Part shown: piece after piece, positions 1 through 13,269 of the stretch
Numbering within the stretch: the first letter of the stretch is position 1
Layout of the letters: the number at the start of each line of letters is the position of its first letter
From: the human T2T-CHM13v2.0 reference genome, Homo sapiens
Direction: 5' to 3' (one strand)
Length of the DNA: 64,000 nucleotides
NCBI RefSeq assembly: GCF_009914755.1
Contig: NC_060944.1
Notes under the pieces: generated by a model
Told to the model about the DNA's origin: nothing
What the model saw: the letters and a program-made list of their open reading frames with translations, nothing else
Databases searched by the model: none
Translations under genes and position numbers: made by a program

Positions 1-336
1 CCTGCCTCAGAAGAGTGACATGGACACCCACACACAGTCCCCCCAAACAGAGACACACACGCCGACAAACCTGTGCACGCTCATGCCCACTCACACGCCA
101 CACCCCCTCCCCTGCTGGGCACCAGATAATGGAGCTGCGGAGCTGTGTGGCTGCAAGCCGCCCTTTCCGAGCTTCTGCTAGGTGGTGTGTTCAAACCTGC
201 AGGCTTCGAAGAGTTCTGAGCATCTAGAAGAGCAGAGTCCAGTAAAAATGTAGCAAAGCCACGCATGTAAGTTTACCTGTGCTGGCAGCCATACTGACAA
301 AAGGGAAAATAAACAAATGAGATTAATTTTAATACT

Positions 337-642
337 TTTTTATTTATTTATTTATTTTTTGATACGGAGTTTCGCTCTTGTTGCCCCAGCTGCAGTGTAA
401 TGGCACAATCTCGGTTCACTGCAAACTTTAGCTCCCAGGTTCAAGCTATTCTCCTGCCTCAGCCTCCCAAGTAGCTGGGATTACAGGTATGCGCCACCAC
501 GCCCAGCTAATTTTGTATTTTTAGTAGAGACAGGGTTTCTCCATGCTGGTCAGGCTGGTCTCGAATTCCCAACCTCAGGTGATCCGCCCGCCTCGGCCTC
601 CCAAAGTGCTGGGATTACAGGCATGAGCCACGGCACCCAGCC
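337..642 (-). mobile_element. AluS (AluSp-like)
   Basis: Full dimeric Alu; gagtttcgctcttgttgcc and ggtttctccatg diagnostics; aatact duplicated on both flanks. Confidence 0.95.
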
Positions 643-669
643 AATACTATTTTTATTTAAATCCAATAG

Positions 670-1003
<334 letters not shown>

Positions 1004-1734
1004 TAAAGAATTATTAAAGAGTGATTTTACTCTCCCTTTTTTCTACTAAGTCTTTAAAATCTAGTGTTTGTTTTACACTTATAGACCATCTCAATCAGAC
1101 ACTAAATTTTTATCAGAAATCCTTGATTGTATTTAGATTTAATAAAATGTAGAGTAAAAAAGTATATTGTCACCCAAATTGTTTCAAACAAACTTGAAAG
1201 TTTTTAATAATGGAAATGGGTATTGGTTTTAAATTTTTAAGACAATACAATAAAACCCTCTGTGCCAAATCCCCCACAGAGTCATGGCATTGGGGTTTCG
1301 AAGGCCTCATTGCTGGCCCCCACCTGCAGGCATCCCTTCTGGGTTGACAGCCACGAGATGAGTGTTATCAGTGTCTGTGGGAGAAGCAGGGGCTCTGAGG
1401 TTGGGCGAGCGAAGGATCAGGTGGGCACTGCACACCGAGGGCACAAGAGCCTGGGAAGCCCCACCATGAGGGGCGGACTTGACTGAGCCCAGGCGTCCAG
1501 GCCCTTGTGGGCACAGAGTCTCCTCCCCAGGAGGCTGTTAGCACTCGGGGGGCGGGGGGCTCTGCTCGCCCTAGACCCCTCTTCTGGACAGATGGCAGCA
1601 CCATGCCCCTCCCAAGCCCCATACCCCTGTGCAAGCCCTGCCTGCTGCCCGGAGGACCCATGCAAAAGCCGTCACCGCCCACGTCCAGGCCTGGGGGTGG
1701 GGGGAAGAGCACTCAAGTGCAAGAGGCAGACCCT

Positions 1735-1975
1735 GTGCCCCCACCCCTCCGGTGCCTCCCTCACCCCTCCTGTGCCTCCCCTACCCTCCCGTGCCTCCCC
1801 CACCCCTCCCGTGCCTCCCCCTCCACTCCTCCCATGCCTCCCCCCACCCCTCCCGTGCCTCCCCCTCCACCCCTCCCGTGCCTCCCCCACCCCTCCCGTG
1901 CCTCCCCCTCCACCCCTCCCGTGCCTCCCCCTCCACCCCTCCCGTGCCTCCCCCTCCACCCCTCCCGTGCCTCCG
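1735..1975. repeat. C-rich VNTR, ~20-23 bp unit ccacccctcccgtgcctcccc(ct), ~10 copies
   Basis: Direct inspection. Confidence 0.9.
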
Positions 1976-2899
1976 CTGCCCTGGGGTCGCAGCCTGGCAG
2001 GTCCTGCGCACCCCGATCCCCGCCGGCCAGCCTGGCATCACCCACACGGTCCGCCTCCCCACCCCGATGCCCTCCTACTACCCCCTGGCATTTTTCTGTG
2101 TGTGTCCAGCTCCTTCCTGCCACGGGGCCCTTGCTCGGCCGCTCACCATGCCCCGCCCTCCCTCGACTGGGCAGGACCTGCTAATCCTCAGATCCCGGCT
2201 CAGAGTCATGTTCCCAGGAAGCCCCTGGCCCTGCCGAGGTCAGAGCCTGTGACAGCCAAATGCTCCCAAACACACACCATGCTGGCTTGCGACCACGCCT
2301 GTGTGGCTGTGCCTCCGTGGCTGTCTCACCCGTGGTATCTGTGGCGTCGGGAAGGACCCTGTCTGGCTGCACCGCGTCCCAGTGCTAGGATGAAGTCAAA
2401 GCCCAAGAAACCAGATGAAAGAATGAATCCACAGACAGAAAACTGTGACAAAAGCTTTGAGTGCCCTGCTCCCGAGCACGGCTGAGACGCGGAGCTCACC
2501 CCAGCCTGGAGAACTCAGGGCAGCCGTGACCCAGGGGCAGGAAGAGGAGCCGGTCTGGCTCTGGGCAGGTCTGGGCTCCTTGGCACACGTGCCCCAACCC
2601 TGGCACTCCTCGGGGATGAGGGGGGCTGTCCTGCCTGGGTGCCACTTCAGTCTATGGGGAAAGGGTGGATTGCAGGCCAACAGACACTGCATTGACAAGG
2701 AGCTCATGGGAGCAGTCCCGGCAGCCAGGCTGGCCTCTGGGGAAAGGACCTGGGGCCAGGACCCTGAGAGTGGGGAGGACAGCTGGGGCTGAGGCGGAGG
2801 GAAAGCTTTGGGAAGCAGAGACCATGGGGGCAAAAGCCAGCATCAGGGGAGACCACGCACGGGAGGAGGTCCTCCGAGCAGGAATGCCCTCCAGGCAGG

Positions 2900-3385
2900 T
2901 TGGATGGCAGCCCCCGTGACAACCATGTCCTAATCCCCCAAGTCTGTGACTGTCACCTTACTTGGCAAAGGAGTTCAGAACCTTAGAATGGGAGAGGAGC
3001 CTGAATTATCCGGGTGAGCCCAGTATAATCACCAGGGCCATCTAGGAAGGAGGCAGGAGGGTCGGAGGCAGAGGAGGGGAGTAGAGGTCCGAGGCAGAGG
3101 AGGGGAGTAGAGGTCCGAGGCAGAGGAGGGGCGTAGAGGTCCGAGGCAGAGGAGGGGCGTAGAGGTCCGAGGCAGAGGAGGGGCGTAGAGGTCTGAGGGC
3201 TGCAAGCAAGGGCTTGAGCCAAGGAAATGCAGGTGGGAAAGACAGGGACATGGATTTTGCCTTAAAGCCTCCGGAAGGAGCTCATTCCTGCTGGCTCCTG
3301 GTGCCCCAGTTCAGTCCTCTGCCTCCAGAACTGTAAGGTGACCTGTGAGCTGTGTCGGCCCTTCGCTGGGGCTGTTACTGCAGCC
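2900..3385. mobile_element. MLT1-type MaLR LTR containing a VNTR
   Basis: catgtcctaatcccc, accttacttggcaaagg, gattatccgggtgagccc-like and cctccagaactgtaag motifs. Confidence 0.7.
3061..3198. repeat. 26-bp VNTR gtagaggtccgaggcagaggagggg(a/c), ~5 copies
   Basis: gtagagg recurs at 3081, 3107, 3133, 3159, 3185. Confidence 0.93.
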
Positions 3386-6300
3386 CCCGAAACTCACCCG
3401 GCCTTCGAGAAAAGGAGTGCAGGTCTCACTCTGAGGCCCCAGGAGCCTCGGGAGGTTCCCAGCAGGAAACGACGTGGTCTCCTGCATGTTTCTAACTTAG
3501 AAGCCACCGTGGGAGTCCGGCCCGGAGGCAGCCCTGGCCCACGGCTCACGCTGCTCTGGGCTCTCTATAGAGTCGTCCCCCTGCTCCTCACAGTCCTGGT
3601 GTCCCCCGCTTTACAGGTGAACAAGCCGAGGCCCAGTGCTGCCTGGGTGCTGGCCCTTGCGACGGCCCAACTGGTTGGGTTGGGGCCATGTAAGTGCCAG
3701 GCAGGCTGGTGCTGCCTCCTGGGCGGTCACCTCCCGGGGACGCCACTCGGTCACCAGGGGAGGCGGCCTCAACAGTGCCTGCCGTGTGACGCTCCCCAGC
3801 CTCGGAGGTGGCCTTGGCTCCAGGGCCTATGGCAGGCCCATCAGTCCCAACAGGCGGGAAGAGCAGCCTGACCTGGTTGAGCTGGGACCTCCGAGGCCAC
3901 GGACGTACACACCGTCCTCCCTCCACAGCCTCCGAGGCCGCGGACGTTCACACCGTCCTCCACAGCCAAAGGGCTGCCCGGGTGGTTTTGGTTCCATCAG
4001 TGAAGTTTTCTGTGGTTCACTCAGAGCGGAGCTGGGCATGGCTTCCTAATTGTGTCTCCTCTGGAGCACTTCAGAGCCTTCCCAGGGCCCGTGGAGCCTG
4101 AGGTGTGTGCTGGCACGTGTGGCACAGGCCTGGGAGTCCCAGCAGCGGCAGAGAGACCCGGAGGGGGTCAGGTGCCCTCCACCCACAGAGAGGGGGTGTG
4201 CGTGAAGAGGAGGGGTGGGACGAAGGAGGAGATGTGTTTTCTGCTTTAATGATTTAATGGGTATTTAACCCTCCCTTGGTATTTGCCTGGCTTCCGGGTG
4301 CTCTGAAAAGTTTCCCTAAAGGGGCTGGGGGAGGGGAGCTGGCGCCATGAAGGCGTGAGTCAGGTGGGTGAGGCTACGCTTGCTGGAAGGAGTCTACGTG
4401 CCTTCTGAACACACAGCTAACAGCCTGCACCTGTCCCAAAGGCCATGCTTCCCTGTGACAATGACTGGTTCCTGCCCACGTCGGGAAAGCCTTGGACAGC
4501 TTTCCTGGCCTCCAGAGAACCAGGGGAGTTGGGCTTGTCAAAGTTCCTGGGAGCCAGTGCTTCCCCTGCAGGCTGAGACCAGCCCAGGAAACTTCACTCT
4601 CAAACCACCGCCCCAGGGCAGAAACTTCCCTGGCCGCCTGCCCTGGTAATTTTCCAGGGTTGAAATTTTCCTCTCCAGGGCAGGAAGGACCTTCAGCCAC
4701 TGATAGCTCAACCAGAAATGTTTCTACCGGACCAGAAGTCACAACCGCCCAGAGCATGACTTCACTCAGCCTCAGGGGCGGGGCTGTGGGGAGCAGTGGT
4801 CGGGGCCCCTCCCACCTGCAGATCAGGGGTGTGTCTGGCCACGCCCCACCAGCATCTGCAAGGGACAGAACGTTCCAGGGCAGGCAGCACAACAGGCCAA
4901 GGACTCAGGATCCCCGCCAGAGGGGCAGGGGCTGCAGGAGGCCACCCGCTCCCCGCTGACCTTGGCAGGAGCACCTGGGAAGCTGTGATGATCCCGCCCG
5001 GGTCTCCTCTCGGCCCTGAGGTCGCAGGACTCCAGCCACTGTGGAGATGAGAGGGAGTGTGGCTTCCCCTGAAATGAAACCAGACCCAAACCAAGACAAA
5101 AGCCTCCCACATTGATCCTATATTCCTGCCCTTCCTTGAGAGCAAGGGGCAGGATTTGACTTCCCCCAGGGGTAGGGGGGCACGCATGGCTGCTTGGGCC
5201 CATGGAAAGTGGCTGGAAGGGCCGCGTGTCACCTCTAGTGGAGACCCCTGGGACCCAGTGTGCAGTGCACCCTGGCCCTGGCAGCGACACCTGCAGCCTC
5301 CAGGTGGTGCCCGCGGGGGCCCGTGCAGGGACGCGGGACCAGGGCCCTGGCTGCTGTGGGGCCTGATCTGTCTGTGTTGATGGACACACCTCAGAGCCAG
5401 GATGAGGCCCAGAAGGACCAGGAGCCCAGCCTGTCTCCTAAGCAGCTTCCAGGTACTTCTGTATTTGGATATTTTTAGGAGAAGCTCTTTATTATCCAAA
5501 GATGTCATCATCAAAAAAGGGAAACGACCATCCAACCACACTTCTGCCAGTTTTACCGAAAGAGCAGACTGTGCCGGAACTCGGTGCTTAAAAGGACAGA
5601 GCAAACCCCTAGTCTACTCAGAGAGGAAGGGCACGTCCGCCCCACTCGAGGGAGGAACAAGGCTGTCCACTCAGTAAGTCTTTGTAAGGAGTGCCAGGGT
5701 CCTGGGAACAACAGCAGCCTGTGCTCCCGAGAGTCACCTGAGTCGGCCTGGACGGAGCCTGCAGTGACCGGACCAGGCAGGTGAGCGTGTGCCCAGGCAC
5801 GGGCTCCGGGTTCAGGCACACAGAGACCTCAGCCTTTGCTTTCCCTCCCCACAAATGACGGCAAAAAAACACGTGAATCCAAGGCCCAGGGATGAGCTCG
5901 GTTTTTCCGTTCACAGTGATGCTCTGGGATGTGGAGGAAGAACTGGCACGAGGCTGCAGCGACGCGGCCCGGGCCTCCGAATGCTGAGTCAAGCAGGGCC
6001 ATTGCACGAGGATGGGCGGGTGGGCGCAGGCCAGAGGTGGCTCTCCCGTGTCCTCCGTGTGGCCAAGGAGCATGTTCCTTCATCATCACAGTCACATCAC
6101 ACCACCAAGCCCCGCGAAATTCCAACCCTTTCATTCCTTAGCTTGTAAGATAATGCTGCGTGAACCAAGACAAGACACAGCCAAGGGGGCCAGGAGGGTG
6201 GCGGGCACCGTGCTGTAGGCTGAGCTGCTGTGCCAGGGCACCATGCTGCAGGCTGAGTGAGCTGCCATGCCAGGCGACCACTGGGCCCGGCCCTGCCCAG

Positions 6301-7399
6301 GGTGTGGTCAGCCCGGGAGAGCCATGCCAAGCCGCGGAGAGAGGAGCGGCCCCCAGCCTCAGCAGGGCACGTGCGCACACTGCCGGGGGCATCTGGGCCT
6401 GGACACGGGTTGTGATGTGGGACGTCGGAAGAGACAAGAAAAACATGGCTCCATGAAATGGGAGCAGCCTCGGGATCCCCAGGAAGTCTCACCCTCTGGA
6501 GGCAGGTGGAGCATTGACTTGGCCGGACCCCATGTCCCGCAGGCGCGGCGGCCCCTCGTGGGCATCTCAGCTGGAACGAGGCATGAGCAAGGGCACAGTG
6601 GAGCCGCACTAGGGTCCCATAGGGGCTGCTTGGTTCAGAGCGACAAGCCGACGGACAATGGAGTGGGTGGCACTGTGAATTGCAAGGCAGCCCATTCTGT
6701 CCCCGGAGCCCCCTCTGGGTGCCTTTCCCTTCGCAGCACCTTCCCTCCAGCTCCAGACACCTCAGGACCCGCCAAGGCCTCACACTGGGTGTGCAGGTCC
6801 TTAGGGATTCCAGACTGGCCCTGCAGTGCCTGGGGCGGGTCTGTGGGCCTGGGGAAGGGGCCGGCAGGGTTGTGTACCACAGTGGTTCTGCTCATATGTG
6901 TCTTACTTACTGGGGTTCTGGGTCACAGTTCAGTCCCGCTGCCTTCAGAGCTAGGAAGCTGAGGCTCTGAGGGGGGAAACCAGAGGAAGGGCAGGGACGG
7001 GTGCCCTCGAGGTGTGACCCGGCAGGCGTCTTCCTGAACAGTCCTGCCCTGCGGTGCCACTGCTCCCGCCTGCTGTGCCTGCTCCCAGACCGAGCTGGCC
7101 TTCCCCACCGCAGTCCCAACCCAGGGCAGGAGGCGCCCCCACACTCTTGCCTCATCCACTGGACCACCCGGGGTGCAGCCTCCCAGGCTGCCTGTGGGGT
7201 TGGCAGGACCCAGGGGCTTCCTCCTGACGTTGAGCATGTGTTGGCCTCTGGACTGACCTCCCAGGCAGAGGGGCACCAGGGAGAGGTCATAGCCTCTCCT
7301 CAAGCTCCCTGGGCACTGCTGGCAGCCCCAGGGTACAAGCAATGTGCCAACACCCCCTCCCCCTCCTGCTCTTCCAGCCCACGGTCACTTTCACCAGCA

Positions 7400-7895
7400 G
7401 CCTCACCCAGAGGGCACCAGCCTTGGTCTAGGTAAATGCCACCTCACCTCCACAGATGACCCTGGATTTCTCACCTCTAAGCCTAATTGCCCCCAAAACC
7501 CAGAGTTCCATGTCCAGCTGCTGATCCACTATCACGTCTGGCACCCAGCAGGTGTCTCAGAGTTTTCCTGTCTAACTCAGAAATTTTTCGGCTTTTCCCC
7601 AGTTGGCTCTCCCTGCCCCACCTGTCCTCCTCACCTCGAGAATGGCCTCTTTCCCTCGTCTGCCACCTCTGGCCTAAGAGTGAGTCCTGAGCCCTAGCTC
7701 CAAAACTTTTCTCAAGTCTGTGGCCTCCTTGCCACCCCTCCTGCCCATCACCTCTTACCTGGTCTCCTGTCTCCATCAGTCCCTCTCCATGCCACAAGAT
7801 CTCCTAAGAACACACATCAAATTATGTCATACGCAGTTAAAATTTCTGCGGTTCTCTGTTGCTCTTTAGATAAAGTTCGAGCTCTTTACCATGTG
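7400..7895 (-). mobile_element. L2 LINE relic (appears to continue ~9150-9600)
   Basis: Degenerate L2-like 3' region (ctcttacctggtctcctg, ttgctctttagataaag). Confidence 0.5.
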
Positions 7896-7929
7896 TTGGG
7901 AGGAGGGCTGGCATGAGGAAGACCTTCAT

Positions 7930-8502
7930 ACATCATTGTCATTGTCATCATCACCATAACTCTTATCACCATCACTACCACCATCATCATTACCACCACC
8001 AACCTCATCATTTCAACTATTACCATCACCATGATCATCACCACCACCACCATCCTCATGACAACCATCACCACCACCACAACCATCATCATCTCAACCA
8101 TCACCACCATCACCAACCCCATCATCATCACCCTCATCACAACCTTCATCACCACCACCATCATCTCAACCATCACCATCATCACCAATCCCATCATCAT
8201 CCTCAACACAACCATCATCACCACCACCATCATCTCAACCATCACCATCATCACCAATCCCATCATCATCCTCAACACAACCATCATCACCACCACCATC
8301 ATCTCAACCATCACCACCACCATCAATACCACCACCACCACCCTCATTACAACCATCACCACCATCATTACCACCATCATCCTCAACACAATCATCACCA
8401 TCACCACCACTACCACCATTCTCATGGTAGCCATCATCATCACAACCATCACCACCACCAATACCATCACCATCATTGCCAGCATCATCACTATCATCAT
8501 CG
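7930..8502. repeat. (CAC/CAT)n low-complexity tract with a 69-72 bp higher-order unit
   Basis: atctcaacc recurs at 8091, 8163, 8232, 8301. Confidence 0.92.
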
Positions 8503-8659
8503 TAGTTTGCCTACAAAGCAAGAGAGGGTCTTGGCTCAGTGTAAACAGGCTTTGATACTCCAAGCTCACCCCCTAGAAGTGGCAAGCCAAGACCCAGGAG
8601 GCAGGAACACCCCCAGACAGTGCCTCTATCACTGGGAATGAGGCCTGTTCAAAGGGAAT

Positions 8660-8977
8660 TGTCCACATTTGTTTTGTGCTGCTATAACAGAATACCACAG
8701 ACTGGATAATTTATAAAGAACAGAAGTGCATTGACTCACACTTCTGGAGGCTGGAAAATCTAAGATTGAGGGTTGGCGTCTGGCAAGGGCCCTCTTGCTG
8801 CATCCCCCCATGGGGGAAGTCAGAAGAGAAGGCAGGAGAGAGAAAGCAGGAGGAGGCTGAACTCGTCCTTTTATAAGGAACCCACTCCCAAGGTAATGGC
8901 ATTAATCCATTCGCTCTGCCCTCATGGCCTAAGTTTCCAGCACAAGCGTATGGGGGGACATATCCAAACCACTGCAC
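8660..8977. mobile_element. MST/MLT1A-type MaLR LTR
   Basis: gctgctataacagaataccacagactgg..aatttataaagaacagaa; ggcattaatccattc; ggacatatccaaacc. Confidence 0.8.
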
Positions 8978-9669
8978 GAGTTAACACCTCTCAGACCATT
9001 TAGAGATATAAATAATGAGGGTTATGATGACAGTGTTTATTAGCACTCTTGGGGTTTTTCCATTTCCCTGATCTGATGCAGCTGTGAATAATTTGCCACT
9101 AGGAGCTGCGTCAGCCAGGCCCAGGAAGTGGCCCCTGCCTCACTCAGCCAAGCGTAAAACCTGCCATCCGGCCAGGGCCAAGATCCAGGCACAGACAACC
9201 TCTTGGCCACTTGACCCCCCAGCGAAATCCGCAGTAGCCCCTGAGATCAGGAACTCCCCTCAGCCCTTCCTTGCTCTGTTCTGGCCACTCCAGTGGCCTC
9301 TGTGCCTGCCTTCAGGGCCTCTGCTCTTGCTGCCCCCTCCTAGGGCATACTTTGGCCAGTCATCCACTGATGACTGGGGTCTTTGCCTAAATGCCATCCC
9401 CTAGGAGAGGCCTGTGCTACCCACCCCCCACCCCGGCCAGGTAGGTCTGTGAGATTTCCCTGTATGTCTCATCACTACTTAAAGTCAGCTTGTTTATTTG
9501 CATGTTTATCTTTCTGATCCATCTTCCCCGAGTGCCCTGGGAGAGCCACATTCCTGGAGCCCAGACCCAGCCCCCTGCAGGGCTTGATGCACTTTGCGGA
9601 GTGAATGGATCACTACGGTTACCTGGCCCCAAGCCTGCCAGGCAGAACCCTTTCTATGTGTCGTGGCAT

Positions 9670-9840
9670 CGGTGCTCCCAACAGCCCTATGAGCTTGATG
9701 TTCTTATTAACTTCATTTTAAAGATGAAAATCCTGAGGCTCAGAGAAATTAATACACTTGCCCAAGGTCACACAGCAGGTATCTCTCAAAGTCAATAATC
9801 CCATCCAAGTCTGCTAATCCCAAGCCTGTGATCTCAGCAG
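9670..9840 (-). mobile_element. MIR
   Basis: MIR core cattttaaagatgaaaatcctgaggctcagaga...cttgcccaaggtcacacagc. Confidence 0.8.
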
Positions 9841-10046
9841 CTGCACACACTGCTCCAGCCTGTGCCACACAAAGCAAGTGCCCATTGCAGGCAGTTTTTA
9901 AAAATCATTTTTAAAGTAAGGTATATACACACACACACACAAATATACTTATATGTGTGTGTATATATATATAAATAGGATATTATTTATATATATAAAA
10001 ACAGGGTATTATATAAAGTAAGCTATATATATATACAGGGTATTTA

Positions 10047-10357
<311 letters not shown>

Positions 10358-10714
10358 TGTGTAAGCAAAGTGAGTGACAGAGCAACAGGGTCTTGCTGTG
10401 TTGTGTGGATGCTCCTGTTTCTCCATCCGTGCCCGGGGAAAGGGCGTGTGGTTGTTTCCAGTTTGGGGCAGTTCCGAATAACCCCTCTGTACACATTTCT
10501 GTTCAGGCTTTGTGTGGATGTGAGGTCTTACTTTTCTTTGAGCCGGTTTGCTGGATCCTACAGCAGGTGCCTGTTCCACTTGGGAGGAAGCTGCCACACT
10601 TCCGCACACAGCACCTTCTGCATCCCACCAGCAGTGTGGAGGAGCCCTGTCTTCAGGCGTATTTTTTAAAACTATAAAATGTTTTTTAAAAACACATCAC
10701 GTAAAAGTTCCTAC

Positions 10715-12681
10715 TGTTACGGGATCCTGGGGTGTCGCTTTGCCAGCTAGAAGCCTCTGTGACTGCTGGTGACTTTGCCCGAGTTTTGCTGGGGCCTGCT
10801 AGGCTTGTTCCATCCACTCAGCCAGGCAGGCTGCACTCGGCTCATGCTACCAGCCTGGATCCCACACCTGCTGAGGGTGAGCCGGGCATGGAGTGGCAAG
10901 GGGTGTGTGAGTGAGCGTGGGATCCGGCCACTGTTCACAGCCAGCCATGCCAGCTGTGGCGGGGCGGGCAGCTCCAGACACCAGCATGGGCACCGGCTCC
11001 CTGTGAGGCTGCAGCTGGACCAGGCGGACCATAATCAGCTTCCATGGCTGACACCAGGGAACGCAGTGGTGCCTGGAAGCTTGGAGCTACCAGGAACTGC
11101 AGAGCCCTAAAGAGGGTGTCACAGCCCTGGCTCCGGGAGCGCCTAGGTCTGGGCTCCCCGGAAGGCCACAGCTCTTCTCTCCTTCTCTCTTCTCTCCTTC
11201 TTGTCACCCTCAACGTGCTGAGCAGGGGTGTTTTGTGTTACGGCTCTTTCAGCCCCGCCATTTGGTGGGTCTCAAGTTCCTGTCCTGCGACCAGGAAGAA
11301 TGAGGTATGCAGACAAGTAGAGGGTGAGCAAGATGAGGAGGAGCCTTACTGAGTGTTAGCACAGCTCAGAGGAGACCCGCCGTGGGCAGGTCCTCTCTGC
11401 AGCTGGTTGTCCCATCATCTTTTCTGGTCTGGCTGAGTCTGGGACTTTTTATGGGCCTCAAAGAGGAGGAAGTGCATGCTGATTGGTCCATGGGTGGCCA
11501 TGGACGGGCCTGGAAAAAGCACCACAAGTTCCCAGTCTGGTCCATGGAACCAGCAGCCCAGCCCCCAGGTTTCAGGCCCTCCCTTGCTTAAAGGTGGGTC
11601 TTCACCAGGGACTCACCCCTTTCCACCAGGGAGCTTGTCTGCTGCTGTTCACTGCACCCAGGCTGTTTGTGCCAAGGGGCACCTGCAGCTCAGCACCAAG
11701 CTGCCCTCAGCATCTCCCTCGACCACCCTCACATGCTCATTGGCGCCCAAAATCTGGAGGGGGCTGAGGTGGCAGGGGGCTGGCATGTGAGCGCTGCCCC
11801 AAATGCACGCACAACTGGCCAGGCTGCAACAGTGCCCAGGCTCAGCCTCAGCTTTCCTCCATGATCAGGGCTGGTGCCGACAGTGGGAAGTCAGACAGTG
11901 GGAAGCACTTCTGGGCCTGTGGGGACAGGGGGGCCTTCCCGGGCTCCCAAGAGTGCAGGGATGCCTGGGTCCACAGCCATGGCTTGGGAGGCCGTAGCTA
12001 TGCCCGGGAGGGTGGAGCTCTTGCCTGCTCCCAGCTCCCAGAGCACGGGGTGACCAGGTTGCAGCTGCGGTTTGGGTGGCCGCAGTTGTGCCTGGGGAGC
12101 TCTGGCCAACTCTGTGGAGTGTGGCACCACCCTGGGGGCCAGCTGTGCCTCAGGACCCCTCTCTGCCCATCCCTCCATGTCCAACCATGCTGCTTTCCTG
12201 CCAGTGGGTGACTTGGCCCAGCCCCACTGCGGTGGCTCCCAGGGGCAGCCGGCTCGGTGGGGTGGGGGGTCCCAGGAGTGGGGACTGCCTGCCTCCTCTC
12301 CGTGTCTTCCCTGCAGTGGCAGTGGGCAAAGTGCAGGTGGCGAGGTGGTCTCAACCACCTTTGCACAAATGAACCCGACACACTCGGGGCCGGCCCCGCA
12401 AGTCCCGCTGTGCCTTCCACCAAGTGCTCAGGGGTTCCCGAGACACAGTGGGGAGTGAGGTTGAGGCCGTGGTGGAGGCCCTGGGCCTGGGAGTGGGTCC
12501 TGCCCGGCTGTGTGAGGGTGGGGGTGGTGCAGTCGGCTGCCTCGGGGACGTGGGGCACGGGGATCTCATCACCGCCATTGCTGCTCCTGCAGCCACTCCT
12601 GCCACCACTGCCGGCACCTTCCTGCTGCAGCTGGTGTGATGGCAGCAGCCGCTCCAGACACTCCACATGCTGCAGCCATCA
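10715..12681 (-). mobile_element. MER52-family (ERV1) solo LTR, ~2 kb
   Basis: TG...CA termini (tgttacgggatcc...gccatca); 4-bp TSD ctac/ctgc with one mismatch; resembles recalled MER52 consensus. Confidence 0.75.
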
Positions 12682-13250
12682 CTGCCTTTGGCATGTTGAA
12701 GGGTACAGTTCAGTGGCACCGAGCCCATTCACAACGTGAATTCATCACCACCATCCATTTCCAGAACACTTTCCATCTTGCACACCTGAAACTCTATACT
12801 CAGTAAACAGTAACTCCCCCTTTTTCCTCTCCCCAGCCTCTGACAACCCCCATCCTACTGTCTGGCTCAGTGAACTTGACTAGGGACCTCCTGTAAGTAG
12901 AATCATGCAGTACTTGTCCCTTTGTGACTGGCTTACTTCACTGAGCAGTATGTCCCCAGGGTCTTTCCATGTTGTAGTAGGTGTCAGAGCTTCCTTTGGT
13001 TTTAAGATTGAGTGATATCCCCTTGTGTGGATGGACCATGCATCTGTCAGGAGACACCGTGTTGTGTCCACCTTTGGTGATTGTGAATATGGCTGCTACA
13101 AATAGGGATGGACGAATATCTCTTCGTGCCCTTGCTTTCAGTTTTGGGAGGTATATACCCAGAAGTGGAATTTAATTTTTAATTTTTTGAGAAACAGCCC
13201 TAATGCTTTCCACAGTGGCCGCACCGTCATGCGTTCCCATCAACGGTGAG
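12682..13250 (-). mobile_element. L1MB-type 3' end, interrupted by MER52 (remainder at ~10670-10714)
   Basis: gtacagttcagtggca, catcaccaccatccatttccagaac, gactggcttacttcactgagca, atatacccagaagtggaat. Confidence 0.8.
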
Positions 13251-13269
13251 TGCAGGTGCACTTTTAAGA

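Noticed and set aside
1505-2485. 326-aa Pro-rich ORF
   Set aside because: Artefact of the C-rich VNTR.
7886-8641. His-rich 242-aa ORF and Val/Met-rich antisense ORF
   Set aside because: Translations of a CAC/CAT simple repeat with no supporting gene structure.
12635-12681. Small inverted repeat tgatggcagca...tgctgcagccatca
   Set aside because: Part of the MER52 LTR terminus, not an independent RNA hairpin.
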